64,000 nucleotides of DNA from Synechococcus sp. (GTDB lineage Bacteria; Cyanobacteriota; Cyanobacteriia; Thermostichales; PCC-7336): the NCBI GenBank assembly GCA_051439425.1, contig JBFRWD010000110.1, positions 1 through 64,000 on the forward strand. Reading direction: 5' to 3'. The notes beneath the pieces are model-generated. The model searched no databases. It saw only the letters and a program-made list of their open reading frames with translations, and had not been told where the DNA came from. Position 1 is the stretch's first letter. Each line of letters starts with the position of its first letter. Both the position numbers and the translations under genes were made by a program. Below are positions 22,076-33,032 of this stretch, in pieces.

Positions 22076-22629
22076 TGGCTCGTGTGATTTTAGTTGGCCC
22101 TCCCGGCTCGGGTAAAGGGACGCAGGGGGAACGGCTTCAGAATTCATTGGGGATTCCGAAGTTTTCAACTGGAGACATTCTGCGCGCTGCCGTGAGCGAT
22201 CGCACTCCGTTGGGACTTGAGGCCAAACACTACATGGATAGCGGAAACTTAGTTCCCGACCAAGTGGTAATAGGTCTTATTGAAGAGTGCCTCAAAGGCA
22301 ATGATGCCAAACAGGGATGGATTCTGGATGGTTTCCCCAGAACAATCCCCCAGGCTGAGGCATTGGATGCATTGCTTGACTCTGTCGGTCAATCTCATGA
22401 CTGCACGATTTGTCTCGATGTGCCTGACGAAGAAATTGTCCAGCGCATGTTGGCTCGCGGACGCGATGATGACAAAGAGGATGTCATCCGCGAACGGTTG
22501 AAGGTGTACCGAGACAAAACGGCTCCGTTGATTGATTACTACTCCAAGAAAGGAACCCTCAAAACGGTCGACGGAAACCTTGACCCCGATTCTGTGTTTG
22601 AATCACTATCAGCTCTACTCGCAAACTAG
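22075..22629 (+). CDS. adk: adenylate kinase (short type)
   Basis: GPPGSGKGTQ, STGDILR, LDGFPRT, RGRDDD; GTG overlaps secY stop. Confidence 0.97.
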   Translation: MARVILVGPPGSGKGTQGERLQNSLGIPKFSTGDILRAAVSDRTPLGLEAKHYMDSGNLVPDQVVIGLIEECLKGNDAKQGWILDGFPRTIPQAEALDALLDSVGQSHDCTICLDVPDEEIVQRMLARGRDDDKEDVIRERLKVYRDKTAPLIDYYSKKGTLKTVDGNLDPDSVFESLSALLAN

Positions 22630-22767
22630 CAATCCGTTTTATTGGTTTTTCTCGTCCGTTTGAGTTATTACATCATGGGTTTGCCGGTGTTTCTCTCAAG
22701 AGAGACGTGCGACACGCTACTCTAGATGACGGACTATACATAGCTCTACTTTGTTGGGAGGTTTAGG

Positions 22768-22992
22768 TTGTCCAAGCAAGATGTAATTGAGATGGAAGGT
22801 ACTGTAACGGAGTCCCTCCCTAATGCAATGTTTCGAGTGGATTTAGATAACGGATTTAATGTCCTTGCTCATATCTCTGGCAAAATCCGTAGAAATTACA
22901 TCAAAATCCTGCCTGGAGATCGCGTCAAAGTTGAGTTGACCCCTTATGACTTGACCAAGGGACGGATTACTTATCGCTTGCGCAAGAAGTAG
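22768..22992 (+). CDS. infA: translation initiation factor IF-1
   Basis: [33 protein letters not shown] start after GGGAGG. Confidence 0.98.
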   Translation: MSKQDVIEMEGTVTESLPNAMFRVDLDNGFNVLAHISGKIRRNYIKILPGDRVKVELTPYDLTKGRITYRLRKK

Positions 22993-23321
22993 TCTCTTAT
23001 CCTTCACATCTCCATAACCTTTGTCTTTAGCGAAGAAGAACGGTCTTTCAAACAGAAGAATGTATGGCGGAATAGTTCTATCTAGGATGAATCCGGGCAG
23101 TTCGTTCATCCCTATTCTCAGCAGAGTCAAAGCAGAAGCCTCAAAACAATGCTTCAATCTTCCCTCTGCGGGGAGATTTATTTTTTTGGGTACTAGCAGT
23201 CAAATTGGTTCGATATTGCAACAATGTATCTCACTATAGATTTGCTTCAAGAATTGTTATGCAGCCGTGTAGGCAACTGCGATAGCCTGGGAATTGCCGC
23301 ATTTTTTGTCTCCTTGCAGTT

Positions 23322-24290
23322 ATGGCACGCGAATTTAAGATTGGATCTCGCAAAAGCGAGTTAGCGTTGGTGCAATCCCGCTGGGTTCAAGCCGAACTCA
23401 GTAACCATCACTCTGACTCCACCTTCGAGTTGGTAACGATGGAAACGCAGGGTGACATCATTCTGGATGTGGCGCTAGCGAAGATTGGAGATAAGGGGCT
23501 GTTCACCAAGGAATTAGAGGTGGGCATGCTCAATCATCAAACGGACTTCGCCGTTCACAGCCTTAAAGATTTGCCCACCAACCTTCCTGAAGGGTTGATG
23601 CTGGGAGCGATTACAGCTCGCGAGAATCCCGCAGATGCATTAGTTCTGCACGAGAAACATGCAGGAGCAACCATTGATTCTCTTCCCGAAGGGGCTGTGG
23701 TCGGTACGTCTTCATTACGCCGTTTGGCACAGCTGCGCCACCACTATCCCCATCTAGAGTTCAAGGATATTCGCGGTAACCTCAACACTCGGCTCAAAAA
23801 GCTGGATGAAGGTCAGTATGATGCCATTATTTTGGCTGTGGCTGGTTTAGAACGTTTGGGCATGAGCGATCGCATTTCTCAGGTCATCCCGGCGAATGTT
23901 TCTCTCCATGCTGTCGGTCAGGGTGCTCTCGGTATTGAGTGTCGCGATGGCGATGAAGAGGTGTTGGCTGCTTTACAGCCGCTAGTCGATCGCGAGTCTA
24001 CTCTGCGATGTTTGGCCGAGCGAGCGTTCCTGCGTCAATTGGAGGGAGGATGCCAAGTGCCTATCGGTGTGAACAGCGAAGTGCTCTCTGCAGAGAGCGG
24101 AGAAACCGTGCGGTTAACGGGGATGGTTGCCAGCCTGGACGGTAAGCGACTGATCCGCGATATGGCTTCCGGTTCTGCAGATGATCCCGAGGCTGTTGGC
24201 ATCGCATTAGCCAAAGCTCTCCGGTCTCAAGGGGCAACTGAAATTTTGGACGAAATCTTTGCCACTCTCGATCGCGAAGCGGTCAAATAA
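23322..24290 (+). CDS. hemC: hydroxymethylbilane synthase
   Basis: [42 protein letters not shown]. Confidence 0.97.
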   Translation: MAREFKIGSRKSELALVQSRWVQAELSNHHSDSTFELVTMETQGDIILDVALAKIGDKGLFTKELEVGMLNHQTDFAVHSLKDLPTNLPEGLMLGAITARENPADALVLHEKHAGATIDSLPEGAVVGTSSLRRLAQLRHHYPHLEFKDIRGNLNTRLKKLDEGQYDAIILAVAGLERLGMSDRISQVIPANVSLHAVGQGALGIECRDGDEEVLAALQPLVDRESTLRCLAERAFLRQLEGGCQVPIGVNSEVLSAESGETVRLTGMVASLDGKRLIRDMASGSADDPEAVGIALAKALRSQGATEILDEIFATLDREAVK

Positions 24291-24323
24291 AGGACTACTT
24301 CTACGATTGTCGCGTTGATAGAT

Positions 24324-24357
24324 AAATCCCCCTTTCCATTACAGAGAGGGGGATTTT
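24324..24357. terminator. bidirectional terminator between convergent hemC and sigma factor
   Basis: AAATCCCCCT...AGGGGGATTTT. Confidence 0.65.
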
Positions 24358-24376
24358 GAGTTGGCTGGCTCAATTC

Positions 24377-25462
24377 CTAGCCGAGAGCTTCCAAATAGTC
24401 GCGAATTTTGTTGCGACGCTTCGGTTGACGCAGCTTTTGCAGCGCCTTCGATTCAATCTGGCGAACACGTTCACGAGACAACTCTAATGCTCGGCCAATT
24501 TCGGCTAATGAGTAGGTTCGACCATCTTCTAGACCAAACCGCATTTTCAGCACGTCTTGCTCGCGCGTCGTCAACTCTGCCATCAAAGTGGCCAAGTCAC
24601 GACTGAGGGCGTTGCGGGTAACGCGCTCTTCAGGGGACATGTCTTCCGATTCGAGCAGCTCCCCAAGTTCGGTGTCCTTGTCTTTACCCACTTTGGTTTC
24701 CAAGGAGACAGAGCGGGGAACTTTCACCAGCAAATCGCGGACCTGCGAGGGAGTTAAGTCCATCTCGCGAGCTATGTCCTCGATCGTAGCAGTGCGACCT
24801 TTCTCTTGGGAGATTTGCCGCTGTGCCTTTTTGATTTTGTTTAGCTTCTCAGTGATGTGAACGGGAAGCCGGATAGTACGACTCTGGGTGGCGATCGCTC
24901 GGGTAATCCCCTGGCGAATCCACCAATAGGCATAGGTGCTGAATCGATATCCTTTGGTGGGGTCAAATTTTTCAACGGCTCGTTCCAGACCCAGTGTTCC
25001 TTCCTGAATTAAATCCAGGAGTTCCAGCCCTCTGTTCTGGTACTTTTTCGCGACAGAAACCACCAGTCGTAGGTTGGCTTTGATCATGTGCTCTTTTGCA
25101 CGAGAGCCAGTCCGCTCCAATTGACGGAGTTCATGCGCAGGCAGTTTCACAGCTTCGGCCCACTGTTCGAGAGATGGAGGAGTGGAAAGGTTCGCTTCCA
25201 ATTCCTGGCGCTTATCCAGCAACGCCATAAAACGCTGCACTTTTTGGGCTAAAGCAACTTCTTCATCGCGACCTAAGAGAGGTACGCGACCGATTTCTTG
25301 CAGGTAGAGACGAACTAAGTCGGTTGACCGGCGACTGCTTGTGGCTTTGCGAGAAGTTGCCTCGCCATATTCCACTTCCACACCCGAATTGTCCAAGTCG
25401 GTCGCAACTGTTGCATCTTCGCGATCGTTTTCGTATTCGATGTTGTATGGTGTTACTGGCAT
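24377..25462 (-). CDS. sigC: group 2 RNA polymerase sigma factor, SigC-like
   Basis: RRSTDLVRLYLQEIGR, ANLRLVVSVAKKY, FSTYAYWWIRQGI, C-terminal ALQKLRQPKRRN typical of cyanobacterial SigC; subtype assignment less certain. Confidence 0.75.
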   Translation of the reverse strand: MPVTPYNIEYENDREDATVATDLDNSGVEVEYGEATSRKATSSRRSTDLVRLYLQEIGRVPLLGRDEEVALAQKVQRFMALLDKRQELEANLSTPPSLEQWAEAVKLPAHELRQLERTGSRAKEHMIKANLRLVVSVAKKYQNRGLELLDLIQEGTLGLERAVEKFDPTKGYRFSTYAYWWIRQGITRAIATQSRTIRLPVHITEKLNKIKKAQRQISQEKGRTATIEDIAREMDLTPSQVRDLLVKVPRSVSLETKVGKDKDTELGELLESEDMSPEERVTRNALSRDLATLMAELTTREQDVLKMRFGLEDGRTYSLAEIGRALELSRERVRQIESKALQKLRQPKRRNKIRDYLEALG

Positions 25463-25997
25463 AATTACGGTAATTTGCCTCTTGTAGGACGCTGACCACA
25501 CATCAGATCAAGCTGTAAGCTCTATGAGTGCAGCCAACAGAGCTGCTCAGCTGAAACTTAGGCTGAACTAGGATCGACAGGTACAGGCTGCATGCAGGTG
25601 GTGAGTGAAGTGCAATGCCTTTGCGAAGAGCTTGCATCCTCTGAAGGTCATAATGTGGGATGCCTTGAGGAAAGCCCTTCGACAGTAACTGTTTTTCTTA
25701 TTATCTATTTTAAACTGGGTTCACGGTTCAGCGCGTGAGTAGTTACGCATGTGGAATCGTGATTACCGGCTAGAAAAGGTACTGTAAACCGTGTGACATT
25801 TGCAGTGTCCGTCTGCGGACCGCACTATGTCTTACTTATGGATGTTTTAAATCACAGGCAAATGTAGTGCTGAAAGAATTTAGCGTCAGATATTGTGCGA
25901 GATGGGTGATACTTGAAGACTGTTTAGCGTGAACGGGTGGGCTAAAGACAAGATGGGGATTGCTGTGGCTGAGACAACAGGGTTTGCAGATGCTGTG

Positions 25998-26525
25998 ATG
26001 TCCGGGCGCGTCACCGTCGTATCAACGCTCGTCATGACGGTACTGTTGCTAGTTGGATTGTTTTTCTTTATTCGGGCTTCGGGGAAAGACCGCATCGAGA
26101 TTCGACGCTACTTGAGCGATCGCCCCGTAGACGAGATGGGGCAAACCCTGCAGCAATACTTTTTGGAGCGGGCGTATCGACTGAGTGAAACAGACGATAC
26201 TGGATTGGCCACGTTTGTGGGGCAGGCACAGCCCAGTGGATTCTTAACTGGATTGCTAACGATGTTGGCAGGAGTGGGTCTGTTGAGTATGGCATTGGTG
26301 CTGCAGGTGTTAAAGCCAGAGCTGGGACCTTTGCCCTATCTACTGCTACTGGGGGCACCATTAGGGGGCTGGTACTACCGCAAGAAGTCCACCCGCGAAG
26401 AAGCGCTGAAAGTGCGTGTGAGCGAGACCGAGCACGAGGGTCAGACCCGATTGGACATCCAGGGACATCGTGACGAATTAAACCTACTGCCCGAGCTACT
26501 TCAGCTTGAAGAAATCGAAGCTTAG
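25998..26525 (+). CDS. cofactor assembly of complex C subunit B (CCB1) family
   Basis: STL..T.LL.VGLFFFIRAS.KDR, F.G...PS, LGAPLGG.YY....R.E, GHRDEL; start uncertain. Confidence 0.8.
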   Translation: MSGRVTVVSTLVMTVLLLVGLFFFIRASGKDRIEIRRYLSDRPVDEMGQTLQQYFLERAYRLSETDDTGLATFVGQAQPSGFLTGLLTMLAGVGLLSMALVLQVLKPELGPLPYLLLLGAPLGGWYYRKKSTREEALKVRVSETEHEGQTRLDIQGHRDELNLLPELLQLEEIEA

Positions 26526-27030
26526 GACTTTCCCTCGATGGCAGGATTTGGCCTTACTGAGGTGAATGAATGCGACACGATCGCCCATTAGACCGGCGGC
26601 CTCTTCTATGGCATAGGGTTTGACGTCCAGTGAGTTGTGGAGCAATCGGGCGCAACTGTTGTAGTTCAAGATTGTAATGCGGACTTCTGGCAAATTATGG
26701 ATAGTGAAGCAGCGATTGAGCATGTACTCGATCACTGCCCTGTCCGTCCCCTGTCCCGTAGCTCGGGATGCATGACAACATTGCCGATGAAGGCATATTG
26801 GTTGGGGGTGAAATTGTAGAGATTGCTGAATCCCAGGATGCGATCATCGATTGCCACTGATGTCAGATCGACGCGAGCTCGAGAGATCGCTTTTAACTGC
26901 TCTGCTGTCATCGGAAATGTGCCACTGGGATAAATCAGGTACATTCCTTCGGGGCTGGCAAAGAGCTGGCAAATCTGAGGGTAATCAGCCTGAACGGTGG
27001 AGCGTTATTGAATAGACAGTGTTGGTACAT
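26522..27030 (-). pseudogene. disrupted GNAT N-acetyltransferase
   Basis: SIQ*RSTVQADYPQI...FIGNVVMHPELRDRG then frameshift into ...RAVIEYMLNRCF...VRITILNYNSCARLLHNSL; in-frame stop near 27006 and frameshift near 26745. Confidence 0.65.
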
Positions 27031-27112
27031 TAAGAACTTGACTGCATATGACGGCTTGCGTTGAACTTGTAGCCTATGTTCGATGCCGTAAATGCCCCTT
27101 AGGAGTTGGCGT

Positions 27113-28324
27113 CTAGAAGCCGCATTGGGTTCCTAGTCGTTGCTGACAAAGCGACTGTTCGACGCTTGTTAAGTCACTCAGCTCGATATCGCGACGCAGC
27201 ACATCTCCGTTATGACCCACCAACAAACGCGGAAGCGATTCTAGCTCGACTCGCTGCAATGTACTGATGTCATAGGTGGTGTAGGTGGTGAGGTCGGGAT
27301 TATCGAACTGAATATCCACCACAGTAACGGTCTTTCTTGGGGAAAGATTGCTGTCGATGAGGACGCGGGGGCCCGAGCCTAGAATCCCGGTATGCAATAG
27401 CTGAAGGTCTCCACGATGGCCTGGATAATAGGCGTGTTGATGGCCGCTGATGTAGGTATGAACGTTGTGGCGTTCCAATAACTTGCGCAATTGGTCAGCA
27501 TTGCCCATCACCTCTCCAGGAGAATTACGACCTTCTGCTACGGCAAAGAGTGGCAGGTGGCTAATGACGATACGCAGACGGGCATTTTGTGCCACCGGAC
27601 TGGATAGAGCTTGTTCCACCCAAGCCAATTTGTCGGGGGGAATGTAGCTGGACGAACCATCCCAAGTCAGGAAAAACACTCCTTGCTGCTCGAAGGTGTA
27701 GTAGAAGGGAAAATCATCGCGGTCTACGAAGTTAAGGCTAGAGCTGCGATCGGGATTGTTCCAGTATTCAGCAGCCAAATCCCGCTCTGTTTGGAATGCA
27801 AAGCTCCCTGCAGTCGTTCTTGCGCTCGATGCATCGTGATTGCCCAGAGAGAAGCCTAAGGGGATGTTGCGATCACGCAGAGGAGCAGCAACGTGGCTGT
27901 CGAATGCTGCCCACATAGCGCGAATTTGTGCGGGGGTCAGGCTGGGACTTTGGCCAGCAACCATATCGCCACTGATGAGGACGAGATCGGGGGCCCAAAA
28001 GGGAGTGAGGTTAATGCCTTTATCAACGTCAGGATCGTAGTCAGTGGAGCCGTAGGCGCTGTTGAGGTCGCTAATGACGACAATGCGCATGTCTCCGCGT
28101 GGCGGATTGTAGAGGCCGCCAGGGATGCTATGGACGATGGCTTCTGTTTCGGGCGGCAGCGGCCGGGCAATGGGGGTCGGTTCATCAACGGTTTCAGCAA
28201 TTGTCTCGGCGGAGGGTTGTTCGGGATGGGAATGGTGGTCAATGCGCGCTGCCATGGCACCAACACTGATACCTGTCATGACGCCGGCGATCGCAAAGCC
28301 AACTTGCCAACAACGCTTCACCAT
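27113..28324 (-). CDS. secreted calcineurin-like metallophosphoesterase
   Basis: signal-like N-terminus; ISDLN, GDMVAG, GNHD, HLP, SGHQHAY motifs. Confidence 0.88.
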   Translation of the reverse strand: MVKRCWQVGFAIAGVMTGISVGAMAARIDHHSHPEQPSAETIAETVDEPTPIARPLPPETEAIVHSIPGGLYNPPRGDMRIVVISDLNSAYGSTDYDPDVDKGINLTPFWAPDLVLISGDMVAGQSPSLTPAQIRAMWAAFDSHVAAPLRDRNIPLGFSLGNHDASSARTTAGSFAFQTERDLAAEYWNNPDRSSSLNFVDRDDFPFYYTFEQQGVFFLTWDGSSSYIPPDKLAWVEQALSSPVAQNARLRIVISHLPLFAVAEGRNSPGEVMGNADQLRKLLERHNVHTYISGHQHAYYPGHRGDLQLLHTGILGSGPRVLIDSNLSPRKTVTVVDIQFDNPDLTTYTTYDISTLQRVELESLPRLLVGHNGDVLRRDIELSDLTSVEQSLCQQRLGTQCGF

Positions 28325-28680
28325 ATACCTCTAGTAGTCTGTCCGGCTGACTCAAGTGGATACGCGCTCTCAGCTACGACTTTGCAGTCAGCAGTTTTTG
28401 GTAGCTCGTCAGGCTGACTTAAGTAGTTATCATCTTTACTGCAACGACTTTGCATCCTGCAGAAAAGAAGATGTTCAGGTCTTCCCTTTTGCCTTGATAG
28501 AGCCCTAGCGCACCCAAGGGGCAAGCATACTGCGAATTTTTAAGCAAAGCCGGTTCGATACCGCAGCCTCGATCGCCAGAAAAAAGCATTCGAAATCAAC
28601 CGGTCAATCCGCAGCACGTTATTCTAGGAAGGCCGGTTCACAGCCGTTCTCGTCGTTAGCTTTTCACCTGTTTAACCACA

Positions 28681-30147
28681 ATGTTTGATGCTCTTTCCGA
28701 CCAACTTGAAGCCGCGTGGAAAAAACTGCGGGGTCAAGACAAAATAACGGAGAGCAACATCAAAGATGCGCTGCGGGAAGTTCGCCGCGCTTTGCTAGAA
28801 GCCGATGTCAACTTGCAGGTGGTCAAGCAGTTTGTCGAAGACATTCGCGAATCTGCCCTGGGAGCCAACGTCATCATGGGGGTTTCCCCCGATCAGCAGT
28901 TCATCAAGATTGTGAACGATGAGCTAGTGAAGGTGATGGGGGAGGCAAATGCGCCTCTCAACGAAGCACCGGAAGGACAAGGTCCTACCATTGTGTTGAT
29001 GGCCGGTTTGCAGGGGACGGGTAAAACTACCGCATCTGCCAAACTGGCACTGTATTTACGCAAGCAGAATAAGAAGACGTTGTTGGTCGCGGGAGACATT
29101 TACCGTCCGGCAGCGATCGATCAGCTCAAAACGTTAGGGGAACAGATCGATATCCCCGTCTTCGACCTCGGCAAGACCAACCCAGTCGAAATCGCCCAGC
29201 AAGGGGTAGCTAAGGGCCGCGAGGAAAACTTCGACTACGTCATTGTAGACACCGCCGGTCGTTTGCAGATCGACCGGGACATGATGGGGGAATTGGAGCA
29301 GATTAAGGACACAATCAACCCCAATGAAACGCTGCTGGTTGTGGATGCCATGACGGGTCAGGAAGCAGCCAACCTGACGCGCGAGTTCCACAATCGAATT
29401 GGGGTGACCGGTGCCATCTTGACCAAAATGGATGGCGATACGAGGGGTGGCGCGGCCCTCTCCGTCCGTCAGGTTTCCGGACAGCCGATTAAGTTCATTG
29501 GCACAGGTGAAAAAGTCGAAGCTCTCGATCCCTTTTATCCCGAGCGGATGGCTTCGCGAATTCTGGGGATGGGAGACATCCTAACGCTGGTGGAGAAGGC
29601 GCAGGAAGAAATCGACATGTCCGATGCGCAGGCCATGACAGAGAAGATGCTGTCTGCGCAATTTGATTTCACGGACTTCCTCAAGCAAATGCGCCTGATT
29701 AAAAATATGGGCGCACTGGGGGGCTTGATGAAGATGGTTCCTGGCATGAACAAGCTGAGTGATGACCAGCTGCAAAAGGGGCAGGAACAACTGGCAAAGT
29801 CGGAAGCCATGATTAACTCCATGACTCGTCAAGAGCGTCGCAATCCCGATTTATTGGCTCGCAGTGCCAGCCGCAAACGCAGAGTGGCGGCTGGTTCTGG
29901 GCACACGATGGGAGATGTCACCAAACTGGTAGGAGACTTCCAGCGCATGCGAGACATGATGGGTCAAATGGGGCAGATGGGAGGTTTCCCTGGCATGGGG
30001 GGAATGCCAGGGATGGGGGGAATGCCCCGTGGCGGCAATGCCCCATCAGCAACGGCTGGCCCCGGCTGGCGCGGCAATCGCTCAGCTCGTCCCAAGAAAA
30101 AGCGCAATAAGCGCAGAGGTGGCGGCAACAAGGGATTTGGCGGTTAG
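28681..30147 (+). CDS. ffh: signal recognition particle protein
   Basis: GLQGTGKTT, DTAGR, TKMDGDTRGG, RILGMGD, Met-rich M domain. Confidence 0.98.
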   Translation: MFDALSDQLEAAWKKLRGQDKITESNIKDALREVRRALLEADVNLQVVKQFVEDIRESALGANVIMGVSPDQQFIKIVNDELVKVMGEANAPLNEAPEGQGPTIVLMAGLQGTGKTTASAKLALYLRKQNKKTLLVAGDIYRPAAIDQLKTLGEQIDIPVFDLGKTNPVEIAQQGVAKGREENFDYVIVDTAGRLQIDRDMMGELEQIKDTINPNETLLVVDAMTGQEAANLTREFHNRIGVTGAILTKMDGDTRGGAALSVRQVSGQPIKFIGTGEKVEALDPFYPERMASRILGMGDILTLVEKAQEEIDMSDAQAMTEKMLSAQFDFTDFLKQMRLIKNMGALGGLMKMVPGMNKLSDDQLQKGQEQLAKSEAMINSMTRQERRNPDLLARSASRKRRVAAGSGHTMGDVTKLVGDFQRMRDMMGQMGQMGGFPGMGGMPGMGGMPRGGNAPSATAGPGWRGNRSARPKKKRNKRRGGGNKGFGG

Positions 30148-30193
30148 CAGCATCACCAACCCGAGAGGACTCTGCTTAATTTGAACGACCATC

Positions 30194-30691
30194 ATGTCTA
30201 GAATTCGTCATCCACGATTACCCAGAAGATCGCGCTGGATAACCATGCTGCTGGCGATGGTTATGGCTTTGGGATTGGGATGGGAGCTGCAGGCTCAAGA
30301 AGGCACCAACATCCCCGAGTGGGCAGAGGGATATCAGTTGGGGGCTCAAGTGTATGTAGAGTCTTGTGGCTCCTGTCATACGGCACTTCCCCCTGAGGTG
30401 ATGCCACGAGAAACCTGGCGAGTCTTGTTACAGTCTGAAGAGCACTATGGCGTCGACATCAACGTACCGCAGGGGCCGCTCTTGCAAGCTGCTTGGGGGT
30501 TTGTGCAAGACTTTTCGCGACCGCGCAATCAGTTTGAAGAGGTTCCCTACCGGTTGGGTGATTCACGTTACTTTCGGGCTTTACATCCACAAGTGGGGTT
30601 TGCCGAGACGATTCGTCCGACCGGATGTATCGATTGTCATCCACGCGCCAACCTAGGCAACTTTGTTAGTTTGTCTGATGAGTGGCAGTAA
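30194..30691 (+). CDS. diheme cytochrome c (DHC) family protein
   Basis: signal peptide, CGSCH and CIDCH heme motifs, PPEVMP.ETW, EHYG. Confidence 0.85.
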   Translation: MSRIRHPRLPRRSRWITMLLAMVMALGLGWELQAQEGTNIPEWAEGYQLGAQVYVESCGSCHTALPPEVMPRETWRVLLQSEEHYGVDINVPQGPLLQAAWGFVQDFSRPRNQFEEVPYRLGDSRYFRALHPQVGFAETIRPTGCIDCHPRANLGNFVSLSDEWQ

Positions 30692-30819
30692 GATTGGGGC
30701 CTAGCCACATGCATTCTCTGGGGCCGTGCCATAGTTCCTTGCCTAAGCTCCCTATTGACCAGCATTAGCAACTTGCCAGAATTACCAACTTTCAGAATTA
30801 CCGATCCATAGAACTGCTC

Positions 30820-32142
30820 ATGACTGCTACCACCCTTAATTCCTCTCTGCGGGAACAGGTGCGATCCACCCGCCAAGCAGCCCTCAAGCTCGCTGTGTTA
30901 CCAACGGACGTTAAGAATGCGGCTTTGGGGGCGATCGCCGATGCAGTTGAAGCTCGCTCTGATGAAATTTTGGTTGCCAACCAACAGGATTTGGCTGCGG
31001 CAGCCGTCATGGTAGAGGAAGGGAACCTCTCGGCGGCAGCTTACGCGCGCCTGAAACTAACTCCCGACAAAATTGCCACAATGGCTGCAGGTGTGCGCGA
31101 CGTGATGCGTTTGGCCGATCCGGTCGGTGAGCTGCATTGGTCGCGAGAATTGGACACCGGACTCGTGTTGCACCGTAAAAGCACGCCGTTGGGGGTTTTG
31201 GGGATTATTTTCGAGTCACGTCCCGATGCGGTGACACAGATTTCGTCGCTGGCACTGAAAACGGGCAATGGTGTGGTACTCAAGGGGGGCAAGGAAGCCG
31301 TGAATTCTTGCCGCATGTTGGTTGAGGTTATTCACTCGGCATTGGAAGCAAAAGGTATTTCGACTGCGAGCGTAACGCTATTGACGACTCGCGAAGAAAC
31401 TAGAGCGTTGCTGGCGCTGGATGATTTAGTGGATTTGGTGATCCCTCGCGGTTCAAATTCATTCGTGCGCTACGTGCAGGACAACACCAAGATTCCCGTG
31501 TTGGGTCATGCTGACGGGATCTGTCATGCTTTTGTCGATCGCGCTGTAGACTTCGCCAAAGCCGTCCCACTGGTGGTGGATTCAAAAGTAAACTATCCTG
31601 CTGCCTGCAATGCTTTGGAAACGCTGCTGGTGCATGCAGATGTAGCTGCTGAATTCCTGCCCAAGGTTCTGACAGCCTTGCAAGCGGAAGGGGTTGAGGT
31701 ACGAGGATGCGATCGCTCTCAAGCCATCACTAATATGCCTGCCGCCACCGAAAGCGATTGGGAGACTGAGTACGGCGAGTTGGTGTTGTCGGTCAAAGTA
31801 GTGGACTCGCTAGCTAATGCTTTGTCTCATATCGAGACCTACGGCTCCCGTCACACCGAAGCCATATTTACAGAAGATGCTGCTACTGCCGAGGAGTTCA
31901 TGAACTCGGTAGATGCAGCGGGCGTGTTCCACAATGCATCTACACGGTTTTCGGATGGCTTCCGTTACGGTTTTGGGGCCGAAGTGGGCATCAGCACCCA
32001 GAAGCTACCTCCTCGCGGGCCTGTGGGGATGGAAGGATTGGTGACTTACAAATATTTGTTGGAAGGGGACGGTCATATCGTAGCCACCTATAGCGGCAGC
32101 AATGCCAAGCCATTCATTCACCGGGATTTACCACTGTCGTAG
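30820..32142 (+). CDS. proA: gamma-glutamyl phosphate reductase
   Basis: PLGVLGIIFESRP, LKGGKEA, ACNALETLL, NASTRFSDG..YGFGAEVGIST. Confidence 0.97.
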   Translation: MTATTLNSSLREQVRSTRQAALKLAVLPTDVKNAALGAIADAVEARSDEILVANQQDLAAAAVMVEEGNLSAAAYARLKLTPDKIATMAAGVRDVMRLADPVGELHWSRELDTGLVLHRKSTPLGVLGIIFESRPDAVTQISSLALKTGNGVVLKGGKEAVNSCRMLVEVIHSALEAKGISTASVTLLTTREETRALLALDDLVDLVIPRGSNSFVRYVQDNTKIPVLGHADGICHAFVDRAVDFAKAVPLVVDSKVNYPAACNALETLLVHADVAAEFLPKVLTALQAEGVEVRGCDRSQAITNMPAATESDWETEYGELVLSVKVVDSLANALSHIETYGSRHTEAIFTEDAATAEEFMNSVDAAGVFHNASTRFSDGFRYGFGAEVGISTQKLPPRGPVGMEGLVTYKYLLEGDGHIVATYSGSNAKPFIHRDLPLS

Positions 32143-32237
32143 CTGAGTTTTCCTCAGTTTAGATTTCCTCAACGCCTGTCATCTGGCACGGTAAGCTAAT
32201 GCCGGATTGCAAGTAGACCGGTTGGCCAGAGAACAGT

Positions 32238-33032
32238 ATGAACGTGCGAACGATTTTGGCGGATAGCTACACCGTATGGTGGGGAGACTGGCTGGAGCTG
32301 CGATCGAAAGTATGGCAAGTCATTTCCTCCGGGTTAGTCGCTCCAACGATTTACATTCTTGCGTTCGGACTGGGATTGGGCAGTACCTTGCGGGGGGGCT
32401 CGCTAGAGGCAGTGGCCGGCAGCTCCGGGGTCGATTCGTATTTGGCATTCATCCTGCCGGGCATGGCCGCTCTGTCTGCCATGACCATCAGCTTTACCGG
32501 AACAACCTTCTCGATCTGCGGTGCTCGGCTATTTAACAAAACCTTCGAAGAGTTGCTCCTGACTCCGGTGCATCCCCTGTCTTTGCACATTGGCAAAGTG
32601 ATGTCGGGGATTTGCCGCGGTGCGCTGACCTCCCTAGCTGTTCTCGCTTTGGGACTGATTGTTACGCAGGAATGGGGATTACTGCACCCGCTTGCCCTAT
32701 TGGTGCTAGCTCTTAATTGCGCAGTCTTTGCAGGACTGGGGGTGATTGCCGGATTGAAAGTACCGTCGTTGGAAACGGTGGGGTTAATCTCGAATTTCGC
32801 GATTACCCCGATGGCGTTTTTGGGAGCAACGTTTTTCGACCCCGCTCAGTTGCCCAAAGCCTTGCAGTGGGTGGTCTACTGCCTCCCCCTCTCGCACGCT
32901 AGCATTGGTATTCGGGCGGCCGCCTACAATCCCATTTCTGAATTTCCTTGGTACACGATTCTAGTATTAGCCGGCATGGCGATCGCTCTCACCCTGCTCG
33001 GTGCTTACCAATTCTCTCACCAGCAAGATTAA
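32238..33032 (+). CDS. ABC-2 type transporter permease
   Basis: YLAFILPG, FEELLLTP, FLGATFF, PLSH; six TM segments. Confidence 0.88.
   Translation: MNVRTILADSYTVWWGDWLELRSKVWQVISSGLVAPTIYILAFGLGLGSTLRGGSLEAVAGSSGVDSYLAFILPGMAALSAMTISFTGTTFSICGARLFNKTFEELLLTPVHPLSLHIGKVMSGICRGALTSLAVLALGLIVTQEWGLLHPLALLVLALNCAVFAGLGVIAGLKVPSLETVGLISNFAITPMAFLGATFFDPAQLPKALQWVVYCLPLSHASIGIRAAAYNPISEFPWYTILVLAGMAIALTLLGAYQFSHQQD

Noticed and set aside
28500..28570. GGTTCGATACC resembling a tRNA T-loop
   Set aside because: No acceptor or anticodon stem can be paired; not a tRNA.
29950..30030. GGMPGM repeats in ffh
   Set aside because: Ordinary Gly/Met-rich tail of the SRP M domain.
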